Origin: Euryarchaeota archaeon UBA438
GTDB taxonomy: Archaea > Thermoplasmatota > Poseidoniia > Poseidoniales > Thalassarchaeaceae
NCBI GenBank assembly: GCA_002504435.1
Contig: DAQP01000049.1
Location: 1-62,724, forward strand
Length of the DNA: 62,724 nt
Reading direction: 5' to 3'
Shown: one piece after another, positions 36,601 through 44,840 of the stretch
Layout of the letters: each line of letters begins with the position of its first letter
How positions within the stretch are numbered: the stretch's first letter is position 1
Made by a program: the position numbers and the translations under genes
Notes under the pieces: model-generated
Database searches by the model: none
Seen by the model: the letters and a program-made list of their open reading frames with translations, nothing else
Told to the model about the DNA's origin: nothing

Positions 36601-38361
36601 GTCGCCATTCAGATCCATGAACTCTATCACCGCATCGGCGCTTTCTATCTCTACTGCGGTCGTGGTGGAGTTGGAGTTTATTGCGATGTCATTCACGAGG
36701 ATGTTTCCTTCATGAGTGAGTCCACTATTGTCTATGTCCAAGGCTGGACCATTCACCGGATCCCTGATCTCGATAGCCGAAAGTTGCAGGTCCACACTGT
36801 TCCTGACCACTAGACCGAACTGATCCTCTGTGGATGAGCACGTGTTGCAACTGACGTTCTTGCCTGAGCTGCTAACGTCATTCGACTCGTGGAAGTAAAT
36901 TCCAGCGCCCAAGGACCCTGAAATTGCTCCGAGGCCATTTCTGTATGTGTGCACCTGCTCAAGCTCGACATTGCTAGAGTCTCTGATTGAAACCCCATGT
37001 CCTGTGTTGTTCTTACTCAGCACCAAGAAGAGGTCGGGGTGGAACTCCCTGATGTCCACCCCATTGGCCCCATTGCCCTCTATTTCCCAATAGCTTCCCT
37101 GAACCCCTCCCTTCCAGAGAAGAACGCCAGGCCCTGTAGAGTTCTTTACTACAAGGTCGTTGATAGTAGGGGCCCAATTTGCACTTCTTAGGAACAATCC
37201 GGCCTTATCGTTGAAGGGAGAGATAGCCGTTGTCTTACCGTTTCGCAGGAGTGTGACATGATTCATTATGGTTGAGGAATCGATCATGTACCCCCTAATC
37301 CCTACGGCAGCATTGTCCTCGATCAGCGCTCCATCGATGTGGACCCCGCTTGTATTGATGTCGAAGGCCGCTACTGCAAGGCCCTGGGCCTTGGCGCCCG
37401 GCCCACCAGTACCCCTGACCTCTAGGTCATTGAATACCGCATTCAGTGGAAGGTTCGAGTATTGGCTATGGTTGTACTGCTCGACCATGACACCCCTGTA
37501 CATGCTGTTCTCGACCACTGTGCCTTCTATCGTCGGCCTTGTGGTCCAACCCTGAGTTATGTGTCTTACATAGATTCCATTGTCGCATCTATTTATCGAG
37601 GAGTCTGAGATAAGGGGGAATGAGTCCTCTATCCAAATGCCTGCGCCGATGGCAAGAGTGGATCCGCTGATGTTAGAAATATGCAGATCTGAGAGAAGCC
37701 CTCCTGAGCTTCCCCACTGGTTCAGCCCCCTTGTAATCAATCCGTCAATACTCGCCCCCTCAACGACTGGTGCTGAATATGCGCCGATGGAAAGTCCAAT
37801 TCCGTATCTCCATGTCGTGGAGGTTCCATGCACATCTTGTCCGCCTCCGTCTATGACAAGGTTCCTGATTGTGGGAGAGGCGCTGCTGAACAGGTCGACT
37901 GCGACATTGTCAGCGTTGAGCACGGTTAGGTTGGAAACTACAGGGTCGCTGCCATAGATGGTTAATCCATACTTAGAATTAGTAATGGTCAGATTATCGA
38001 TCTTCGAGCCGAGTCCGTTGCTCGAATAGTTGAAGACCAGGCCTTCGTGATTTCCAGCCACTGAATCTAGTAGGACGGGAGAGGTTGAGGTCCCCTCTAC
38101 TGATATTCTTCCATCCACGTCAATTGTGTATCCAGCACCGAGCTTTATCGTGGTACCTGGAGAGACGGTTAGGACGTCTCCAGACTCGACGGTGTGTCCT
38201 TCTGGTAGGAGAACGGTGCCGGACCATACGGTCGTTGTCCTGGAGTCAGCGGTAGCGGGCCCTAGAGGAGTTATGGACATGAGGATTAAGGCCACTATTA
38301 CGAAGGCCCTCGTTGACCGTTGCGAACGTCCTCCCATATGACTTGGGCCGACTAGTTCCAT
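33658..38361 (-). CDS. giant cell-surface protein: parallel beta-helix (PbH1/NosD-like) repeats, multiple PKD/Ig-like domains, C-terminal TM anchor
   Basis: 1567-aa ORF (alternative ATG at 38337). The signal peptide is RAFVIVALILMSITPLGPATA. Beta-helix repeats include ITNSKYGLTIYGSDPVVSNLTVLNADNVAVDL. PKD-like units carry D.DGD motifs (WDLDDDPLSFSW, YDPEGDELTCW, FDPEGDDIKFEFW, FDPDGDDFTVSVF, YDYDGDITLYQW). The TM is LPFLFAAITIVVIWGMFYSA followed by RRR, and I counted more than 20 N-x-S/T sequons by eye. Confidence 0.85.
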   Translation of the reverse strand: MELVGPSHMGGRSQRSTRAFVIVALILMSITPLGPATADSRTTTVWSGTVLLPEGHTVESGDVLTVSPGTTIKLGAGYTIDVDGRISVEGTSTSPVLLDSVAGNHEGLVFNYSSNGLGSKIDNLTITNSKYGLTIYGSDPVVSNLTVLNADNVAVDLFSSASPTIRNLVIDGGGQDVHGTSTTWRYGIGLSIGAYSAPVVEGASIDGLITRGLNQWGSSGGLLSDLHISNISGSTLAIGAGIWIEDSFPLISDSSINRCDNGIYVRHITQGWTTRPTIEGTVVENSMYRGVMVEQYNHSQYSNLPLNAVFNDLEVRGTGGPGAKAQGLAVAAFDINTSGVHIDGALIEDNAAVGIRGYMIDSSTIMNHVTLLRNGKTTAISPFNDKAGLFLRSANWAPTINDLVVKNSTGPGVLLWKGGVQGSYWEIEGNGANGVDIREFHPDLFLVLSKNNTGHGVSIRDSSNVELEQVHTYRNGLGAISGSLGAGIYFHESNDVSSSGKNVSCNTCSSTEDQFGLVVRNSVDLQLSAIEIRDPVNGPALDIDNSGLTHEGNILVNDIAINSNSTTTAVEIESADAVIEFMDLNGDNEGMSWSAAGDYPSFLNFSVIRGGQNHCLEIYNHPELFVSNVSMACPGAAPAVTDSIVNFTDSNFFPGSGMADTFHVVENSHVRWISSSQMGTPTSSQSSNIVDVMWRAEVSVVNQNHRNIPFADVNITFDNYNPEHLDTLPYSGHEVLGPFVGQRWTPLQGWSANNTAYTGCDYDGVHNDSSPVVMVSDFSVECLLEIPNQPPFIIWDSPEEGGIYASGSAVVLNATRSWDLDDDPLSFSWTSSIDGDIVASCLGGSSQTNNSWISVNDPLYSNEGCLSDGTHQITLQVCDSEGHCSTESRHIELTNLPPVMSVGTSPSISSWGTLYLGKTANVTIFLGGTYDPEGDELTCWVEASYEGGNGTPPDPSPGCPDQIIRSFPGAPNQFSVTVYASDSINPAVSWIFDVELFNELPTANMVVTRSGNTSSDSVLIDGSLTFDPEGDDIKFEFWSDRDGLLHSGVSPAIAIEWIGTLSKGEHTITMYASDVLPGHSGQWTIDEDDLHVSNSPPVAVIASPQDGILTDSGTMIQFQAIGSGDWDLACETLPENGSGLVCNPFASISSDLVSVLWESDIMSEPLGSGWSIEARLPEGVHQVTLTVDDGSSPPVSDEIMVRVDESAPILILDSPVPDAVVLSNLPILFDFRQSFDPDGDDFTVSVFSDLLPEPILESKTTDFWYNDYLPAGLHNLTFQLTDNQGMVRTHIQQITVLETGPVAIISGISEGQYIPPGGEITLDGSESYDYDGDITLYQWMIDGSLVGDKETIWINLIPGPVKIELMVRDSRGEQSYASINLTVGSSSPQLNNLNVDPGFLIDGEATPMRITVELVDPDGTTSSVGGEMLAGGISKGFQMRDDGLLGDTVANDGIWTYETIWEVSGSSSARIEAWALDGDSVSPVMVFIVPVTSEESTSFLDWMLGSGLPFLFAAITIVVIWGMFYSANRRRMLQDDLDMIESWSAFDSRELEEETENRQLTTQDPKE

Positions 38362-38450
38362 GTTATCCCTTCGTACACTTGAGCAATAGGTAATGTAACA
38401 ATCGGAGAGGTCATAAACGGATAGTATTGGGAGGATGACGGGAGAGCAAA

Positions 38451-38684
38451 ATGAGTACTGCGTTCGTTCTCATCAAGACAGCCCCCCAGAGGGAGCTTGA
38501 CGTATACCTGACCTTGCTCAATCTGGATTCTGTGACCGAAACTCACGTGTCTTACGGGGAATATGACCTGGTGGCTAGAATCGACTTCGAGGATGAGAAG
38601 GAAATGGCTAGGACCCTGATAGGGCAAATGCGCTCCATTGAGGGAGTTATTCGCACGGAGACACTGATTGCGGTGGAGGTCTGA
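38451..38684 (+). CDS. stand-alone RAM (Lrp/AsnC ligand-binding) domain protein, paralog 1
   Basis: 77 aa consisting only of the beta-alpha-beta-beta-alpha-beta AsnC_trans_reg-type domain (FVLIKT...YGEYDLVARI...MRSIEGVIRTETLIAVE). No HTH is present. Confidence 0.8.
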   Translation: MSTAFVLIKTAPQRELDVYLTLLNLDSVTETHVSYGEYDLVARIDFEDEKEMARTLIGQMRSIEGVIRTETLIAVEV

Positions 38685-38686
38685 AG

Positions 38687-38920
38687 ATGGCTGTCGGTTT
38701 TGTTCTAATCACGACCGAGCCCGGGGCCGAGGTTTCCGTTAGGGAGGCTGTTTCCAGCTTGTCTTCTGTATCTGGACAATGGATAGTTTTCGGAATGCAT
38801 GACCTGTTCGTGAAGGTGGAGGCCGACGATGAGTCAGAGCTTACCCGCTGCATTGTTCAGGAAATTAGGTCAATTGAAGGGATTGCGGAGACTCGGACAC
38901 TCATCGGTGCCGAGATTTGA
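38687..38920 (+). CDS. stand-alone RAM (Lrp/AsnC ligand-binding) domain protein, paralog 2
   Basis: 77 aa, with 29 of 77 residues identical to paralog 1 in an ungapped alignment. Its ATG lies 2 nt after the paralog-1 stop, and GGAGGT is embedded in the last codons of paralog 1. Confidence 0.8.
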   Translation: MAVGFVLITTEPGAEVSVREAVSSLSSVSGQWIVFGMHDLFVKVEADDESELTRCIVQEIRSIEGIAETRTLIGAEI

Positions 38921-38925
38921 TTACT

Positions 38926-40911
38926 ATGACTCGAACTTCAGAAAATAGAAGAAGGATAGTGGCGGTTACTGTTCTTTGTCTAATGGTGCTACCTGCACTC
39001 GCTGCAGCTGTTCCCGTATCTCCCGAATCAAGTGGTGATTCCTCGGAATCCAATTGGTGGGAGAACACCAACATGGATCATGATGGGGACTTTATTCACG
39101 ATGCGATTTGGAAGGCCGCAAACTCGGATCACTATGACTACGTTGACGAGAACGGTAGGATTTCCGTAATTGTTGATTTTGAACATACACCCACTGCAGA
39201 TGATCAAGAGATGCTGGAGGAATCTGTCGGATTCGAGACCCAATTCAGATATTGGCTGATTGACTCCATCGCAGGAACCGTATCCTTTGATCTGATCCAC
39301 GAACTCGTTCAACTTCGTGGAGTGGTCTTTGTGGAGCTAGATGGGAGATTGGAGGTCCAGATGAATGACGTTAACGGAGTTCATGGTGTCGATATGGTGT
39401 GGCAAGATACGGGTTACACCGGAGAGGGGATAACAATGGCCATCATAGACACTGGGATCGACGGGAACCATTCTGGTCTGGATGACCTTGATGATGACAA
39501 TTCGACCAATGACCCTAAGATTCTAGCATTCTACGATGCTGTGAATAATCCCGGACTAAGGAATGGTTCGGAGGTCGAACCATATGATGGAAACGGCCAC
39601 GGAACACACTGTGCGGGGATTACCACTGGAACGGGGGCACCCACCTACGAATACGTTGGAGTCGCCCCCAGTGCGAACCTGGTTGGAGTCAAGGTGCTAA
39701 GCGATGGAGGAAGCGGGTCCTTTGCGCAGGTCATGGCTGGAATGGAGTGGACCGTGGAAAAAAGACACGAGTTCAACATTAGAGCTGCCAGCATGAGCCT
39801 CGGTGGCCCGGGTGCGATCGAGTGGACATCCTCGGAGGAGGAGTCGGTCAATAGGATGGGGAATGAGATGATGAGGGCTGGTGTGGCGCTCTTCATAGCA
39901 GCGGGAAATAGCGCCGGACCAGCTACCATTGGCACTCCCGGAAGTGCTGAAGACGTGATTACTGTCGGTGCCCTTGACAAGAACACTGCAATAGCGATTT
40001 ATTCTAGCCAGGGGCCTACCGAGGAAGGGCGCATCAAACCGAATATTGCCTTCGTGGGTAGTGATGTTATGGCCCCTGACGCCAATACTGGCACTGGATA
40101 CGTCGCGCTATCTGGGACGAGCATGGCCACTCCTGGCGCTGCTGGCGTAGCGGTGCTGATGTTCCAAGCGAATCCGGATTTGTCCCCGTTCGACATCAGG
40201 AACATGATGCAGGAGACTGCTACTTACCGGCAGTGTCACTACATGGCTGCAAATGAGCCATGTGCAGAGGATGCCATACCCAAGAATCGCCAGAACAATG
40301 TGTATGGGCATGGGCATGTCAATGCCCTTCCATCGGTGGAGGAGGCTGCTAACTATCACTATGAGTTGAGTTTGTCACTCAACATAACTCTGGAAAGTGA
40401 GTACGGGATGGACAATAGAGTTCAGGTCGGCCCGGGGGATTCCGTGATTTACAACCTGGATGGAGCGATTCAGAGAGTGCAGTGGAGAACCTGGGACATG
40501 AGGGACAATTGGATGAATCTGGCGGATTTCAATATTGGCGACCCTCAGTTTGAAGTGACTCACGGACTGCTTGTTGACAGGCTGAAATACCTGCCGAACA
40601 ATACTATCGAAGGTGAACAGGTGATCCTTGTGAGAGCTATTTCCGGGGACGATGCTTCGACCAATCTGGCTGTGAATATCCACATCATTGGCGAGGAGAA
40701 AGTGGAGGAGGAAGCGGCGGGTGATTCGTTTGCAGGAATCCTGATCGGGGTTTTGTCACTGCTCGTATTGCTTCTTCTTGTGACACTGGTATTCACCGGA
40801 GTTCGGCTCAAGGAAAGTGGGTACTTCGATGATGAAGAGTTCTATGATGAGATAGAAGAGGTTGTTGAGTCAATGTCTTCGGATGAGGGCTCTAGTCAAT
40901 CTTCTGGATGA
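38926..40911 (+). CDS. membrane-anchored subtilisin-like serine protease (S8A) with an I9-like propeptide
   Basis: The signal is NRRRIVAVTVLCLMVLPALAAA. Catalytic motifs are AIIDTGIDGNH (Asp), GHGTHCAGI (His) and SGTSMATPGAAG (Ser). The C-terminal TM is FAGILIGVLSLLVLLLLVTLVF, followed by an acidic tail. An alternative TTG start at 38917 overlaps the upstream stop codon. Confidence 0.9.
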   Translation: MTRTSENRRRIVAVTVLCLMVLPALAAAVPVSPESSGDSSESNWWENTNMDHDGDFIHDAIWKAANSDHYDYVDENGRISVIVDFEHTPTADDQEMLEESVGFETQFRYWLIDSIAGTVSFDLIHELVQLRGVVFVELDGRLEVQMNDVNGVHGVDMVWQDTGYTGEGITMAIIDTGIDGNHSGLDDLDDDNSTNDPKILAFYDAVNNPGLRNGSEVEPYDGNGHGTHCAGITTGTGAPTYEYVGVAPSANLVGVKVLSDGGSGSFAQVMAGMEWTVEKRHEFNIRAASMSLGGPGAIEWTSSEEESVNRMGNEMMRAGVALFIAAGNSAGPATIGTPGSAEDVITVGALDKNTAIAIYSSQGPTEEGRIKPNIAFVGSDVMAPDANTGTGYVALSGTSMATPGAAGVAVLMFQANPDLSPFDIRNMMQETATYRQCHYMAANEPCAEDAIPKNRQNNVYGHGHVNALPSVEEAANYHYELSLSLNITLESEYGMDNRVQVGPGDSVIYNLDGAIQRVQWRTWDMRDNWMNLADFNIGDPQFEVTHGLLVDRLKYLPNNTIEGEQVILVRAISGDDASTNLAVNIHIIGEEKVEEEAAGDSFAGILIGVLSLLVLLLLVTLVFTGVRLKESGYFDDEEFYDEIEEVVESMSSDEGSSQSSG

Positions 40912-40912
40912 T

Positions 40913-43102
40913 TCACAGGCCCCTTGCAAGCATAGTTGCAAGTTCATTGGCTGCATTATTGCACTCCGCCTTCCTGAATCTGCTGATGGCTTCGTTCCAG
41001 TGCGAGAGGCGAAGGTTCGGTTCCAGGATGCCTCGCCAGTACCACCTCTGGGCGGACAGTCTCCTGAATGCTGCAACATCTTCCCTCAATGGGACCTTCG
41101 ATGCCTCCGAATGGGCTGAAACTAGCCAATCGGGAGGGGATGGCCCACAAGATTCCAGTGTGGCATGAATTATCCTGATTCTGTCCAGAGGGGATTCGCA
41201 CTCTTCGATGAACTTACGTGATGCCTCTATCGCCTCTGTTGAGGCTCTTCCATCGGACCTCGCTGCCAGCCTAGATCTTAGGTCCAATAGTGCGATTCTT
41301 GGGTTGTCATGTCCTAGCCTCCTCTCTATGGAGGCACGAGACTTAGATGCGGCGGAGAGGTCTGAGGAGCTCAGTGCGATTCCATGCCGAATTAGGTCTA
41401 TTGCCAGTTTTGCTGCTTCGAAATCTGACTGAGAGAGTCCGGATAGGTCGATTTCTGAAATCCTCGATTTCAGGGACCTCGAGAGTTCCTTAGAGATGGT
41501 TCCCGGAAGCCTGTCGTCATAGAGCCTGACCAGGGATGAGACCGATGCCCTCGCTCTCTCAGAAGGCTCTAGCATGGAAATAGCGTCACGCTCTAGGCTG
41601 TCCGCTTCTGATGACCTTCCCTTCATCCTAGCCGAACGTGCTGAGAGTAGTTTCCTAGAGGCGTCATCCGGAAGTTCAGAAATGTGCGAGTCGGCAATTT
41701 CCACCTCCCCCCTCTCAAGTGCTAGATTGACGGCTGACTCCCTGATCGCTGGGTCTTCGGAAATATTCACAGCGCTTTCTAGCAGAATGGCTGCAGCGGA
41801 GCTGTCATTTTCGACTATCTCCTGAATATTCTCGGAAATCCAAATCGCGTCGGAATCATCCCCTCTCTCCATCCTATGATGTGCCTCGAGCCTCCTCGCC
41901 CTAGCCCCCTCTATTCCTGACCACCTTTCTGCGGCTTCTGAGTGGAGTGTTGCCGCTCTTTCGCTCGACCAAGAGGCCCTTCTTACGTTTCGAACCAGAT
42001 GATGCGGCTCTACTGCCTCTCCGCTCCATCTTAGAACCGCAGATTCGTCGAGCTCGAACGTGCCCTCCTCACTAGCCATCTCTGAGATCTCGAGTGGTAT
42101 TGGGGAGAGGGAGAGTTCGTCCAGAGAACCTTGGCCATCGGAGCTGAGTCTCCTGATTACTGTTGACTGGACATATTCCTGAATGGCCTCGGCTTTCTCT
42201 GGAATTCCCTCTTCAGGAGACCACAGTCGAATAGCCAGAGGGTGCCCCCCAAGGGCCTCGATGATGTCCCTTGCTGAATCTTCACCGACTCCCGGAAGCA
42301 GTGAGGTCGCAGACTCGATGTCCAATCCCCCAATCCTGTAATCGTGATACCCTTCCAGTTCTCCGAATGGGCTGGGAGCCCTGACGACAACGAGGACTGG
42401 CGAAGTCCCCGATAATGCCTCATTGAGGAACTCGGATACGGTAGCAACGTGCCTTGGGTGTAGCTCCTGTGCCTCGTCAATAACCAGGAGAGTCCTAGCG
42501 GAACTTGCTGCCGACAATATAGCAGAAGGGTCGGATGGGGAGTTTTCTCCCAGCCACATTCTCCCTATGGCAGAAACATCACTGTCGAGGTTGCAAGAAG
42601 CCCACCTAATCGTCCATCCCATGTCACTGAAATGTTCGGTTGCCGCACCGGCGAGAGTGGATTTTCCAATACCTGGCAGGCCACTGAGAACGATGGACTT
42701 TCCATCGGAGATGGAAGATGTGATGTGATCAAACTCTTCGATGCGCCCGCTCATTGCCACTGCGTCGGGGACGGGCCCGAACTTGGCTCCTGAGACGGTT
42801 GTGGCGGAGTATCCTGACTTCTCCAACTCCTGCCTGCCATTCTTTGTGATGTGAACTACGGTTCTGCGCCGACTTCCACCCCCAATGACATGTGCATTTC
42901 GTGTAAAGACGAGATTCTCATCTTCTAGCGAAGATAGCGGGGAGTGGAGGGCCGAACGGACCACACCTAGGGACTCTGCGAGCCCTGGTAGGGAAATGCT
43001 CCTGGGAACGTCCCAAGCAGTTTCCAAAGACTCTGAGAACTCGCTCAGACGGGCGAGGATTCTCGTCTGCGCCTCGGTAAGCACGAGCCTGTGGCGAGGC
43101 AC
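40913..43102 (-). CDS. wHTH-STAND (NB-ARC-like P-loop NTPase)-helical repeat protein, probable signal-transducing regulator
   Basis: The N-terminal winged helix is ISLPGLAESLGVVRSALHSPLSSLEDENLVFTR...HITKNGRQ. Walker A is GLPGIGKST, Walker B is LLVIDEAQ, and VLVVVR, GGLDIESATSLL and GGHPLAI (the GxPLA motif of NB-ARC/STAND) follow. A ~430-aa all-helical Ala/Arg/Ser-rich C-terminus completes the protein. It uses a GTG start. Confidence 0.75.
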   Translation of the reverse strand: MPRHRLVLTEAQTRILARLSEFSESLETAWDVPRSISLPGLAESLGVVRSALHSPLSSLEDENLVFTRNAHVIGGGSRRRTVVHITKNGRQELEKSGYSATTVSGAKFGPVPDAVAMSGRIEEFDHITSSISDGKSIVLSGLPGIGKSTLAGAATEHFSDMGWTIRWASCNLDSDVSAIGRMWLGENSPSDPSAILSAASSARTLLVIDEAQELHPRHVATVSEFLNEALSGTSPVLVVVRAPSPFGELEGYHDYRIGGLDIESATSLLPGVGEDSARDIIEALGGHPLAIRLWSPEEGIPEKAEAIQEYVQSTVIRRLSSDGQGSLDELSLSPIPLEISEMASEEGTFELDESAVLRWSGEAVEPHHLVRNVRRASWSSERAATLHSEAAERWSGIEGARARRLEAHHRMERGDDSDAIWISENIQEIVENDSSAAAILLESAVNISEDPAIRESAVNLALERGEVEIADSHISELPDDASRKLLSARSARMKGRSSEADSLERDAISMLEPSERARASVSSLVRLYDDRLPGTISKELSRSLKSRISEIDLSGLSQSDFEAAKLAIDLIRHGIALSSSDLSAASKSRASIERRLGHDNPRIALLDLRSRLAARSDGRASTEAIEASRKFIEECESPLDRIRIIHATLESCGPSPPDWLVSAHSEASKVPLREDVAAFRRLSAQRWYWRGILEPNLRLSHWNEAISRFRKAECNNAANELATMLARGL

Positions 43103-43139
43103 GGGTTCATGGGTATTGACCTCCGGCGCATCAACGGAA

Positions 43140-44840
43140 ATGCCAGTCGACAGGCCATCTCTTGACCTTCCTCGTAAGCCCGGGGTTTACCTATTCACGA
43201 GGAGAGATGACAGGGTAATGTATGTGGGAAAGGCCACTGATATCAAATCCAGAGTTTCTTCTTACTTCGCTCAAAATCCTGACCGAGAGATGATACCTAG
43301 GCTCGTCGCAGAATCCGATAGAGTGGACTTCATTGTAACCAAGAGCCCTTCTGAGGCCCTAATATTGGAAAGGCAGCTAATTCGTAAGCACAAGCCCAGG
43401 TACAATTCCCTGATGAAAGATGACAAGTCTTTCCCGTTCATTGCAATAACTTCCCACGAGTTGCCCCGCATACTGTACTCGAGGCATCCTCCAGAGGGTT
43501 CGAAGCGTTGGGGCCCGTTTACTGATGCCGGTGCAGCGAAGAAAGTCGTTGAGCTGCTAAGGAGGTTCTTCGGGATCAGAGACAATAGGAACAATCTACC
43601 ATTCGGATATATTGAGTCGGATGATCCTGATGACTACCATCGTAGGGTAAAGGCAGTTGTGAGCATTCTGGATGGCGATGCTAGGGTCCTCATCAAGGGA
43701 CTTCAGGATGAAATGGACGAGCATAGCAAGAATCTGAGATATGAAGCCGCAGCTAGGTCGAGGAACATGATCGCGTCGGTGAATGGTACGATCTCAGAGC
43801 AGGCAATTCACAGCAGGTTCTACCAGGATTGTGATGCGATAGGTTTTGCTTCGATGGGTGACTCGGGGATGGTAACAATCCTCCACGCAAAGGAAGGGGT
43901 GGTAGAGGGTCAAACCGAATACCCGCTTATCCACAGGGGGGATGTTTCAGAGTCCGTCTCCTGCGTCCTGGTAGAACATTACTCGAATAGGAGGCCACCG
44001 AAGAGTGTCCTAGTGCCTTCGCAGGTCGGTGAATCAGTAGAGTCTTGGCTGTCCGAGACCAGAGGATCCAATGTTGCAGTCAGGATTCCAGTTAGGGGCG
44101 ATCTAGCAAAGCTTCGAAGGATGGCTGACAGGAACGCAGAGGTTCTGGTTAGGCGTTCTTGGGGCAAGAGTTCCGGTAGCCTAGAGCAGAAGGCCGCGGA
44201 CGATGCGGCAAAGCTACTTGGGCTGGATTCTCTGAACCACTTGGTTTGCTTCGATATGGCCCAACTCCAGGGGGTAGAGCGTGTTGGGGCTTCGGTTGTT
44301 TTCAGAAATGGCCGTCCATCCAAGAAGGAATACAGGACATACAGGGTGAAGACCGAAGCTAATGACGATCTAAGGATGATGTCCGAGGTCATAGAGCGGT
44401 GGCTGAAGCATCAGGATGAATGGCCGGATTTGTTGCTCCTTGACGGGGGTGAGACCCATCTCTCTACCATCGGAAAGATGCTTGAGGACAAGATTCCGGA
44501 AGGTAGCTTTCTTCTCGCTTCATTGGCCAAGAGGGAGGAGACTCTCCACATTGTGGGCAGGGGTCCTATCATTCTCGATAGGAGGGGTAGGGCGCTAATT
44601 CACTCTAGGGACGAGGCTCACAGATTTGTCAATCAATACCATAGGAAAAGGAGATCTAAGGGAGCGCTCAAGGATCCACTTGAGGAAATTGAAGGACTGG
44701 GGGCGAAGAAGATACAGTCACTTCTGCGACATTTTGGAGGGAGGAGAGGGATTGAGCATGCTAGCTTGGAGGAACTGAGGAAGGCACCTGGAATCGGCGA
44801 GGCTATGGCAGAGAGGATCAGGGATCATTTCCATCATTAG
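43140..44840 (+). CDS. uvrC: excinuclease ABC subunit C
   Basis: It has the GIY-YIG motif (PGVYLFTRRDDRVMYVGKATDIKSRV), a UVR domain (YEAAARSRN), an RNase H-like endonuclease domain and a C-terminal (HhH)2 (IEGLGAKKIQSLLRHFG...APGIGEAMAERI). The ORF's first 85 codons overlap the divergent gene, so the start was set at ATG 43140. Confidence 0.95.
   Translation: MPVDRPSLDLPRKPGVYLFTRRDDRVMYVGKATDIKSRVSSYFAQNPDREMIPRLVAESDRVDFIVTKSPSEALILERQLIRKHKPRYNSLMKDDKSFPFIAITSHELPRILYSRHPPEGSKRWGPFTDAGAAKKVVELLRRFFGIRDNRNNLPFGYIESDDPDDYHRRVKAVVSILDGDARVLIKGLQDEMDEHSKNLRYEAAARSRNMIASVNGTISEQAIHSRFYQDCDAIGFASMGDSGMVTILHAKEGVVEGQTEYPLIHRGDVSESVSCVLVEHYSNRRPPKSVLVPSQVGESVESWLSETRGSNVAVRIPVRGDLAKLRRMADRNAEVLVRRSWGKSSGSLEQKAADDAAKLLGLDSLNHLVCFDMAQLQGVERVGASVVFRNGRPSKKEYRTYRVKTEANDDLRMMSEVIERWLKHQDEWPDLLLLDGGETHLSTIGKMLEDKIPEGSFLLASLAKREETLHIVGRGPIILDRRGRALIHSRDEAHRFVNQYHRKRRSKGALKDPLEEIEGLGAKKIQSLLRHFGGRRGIEHASLEELRKAPGIGEAMAERIRDHFHH

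Noticed and set aside
42885-43139. An 85-codon upstream extension of the uvrC ORF.
   Set aside because: It overlaps the N-terminal wHTH coding region of the divergent STAND gene. The GIY-YIG domain begins right after ATG 43140, at the position usual for UvrC.
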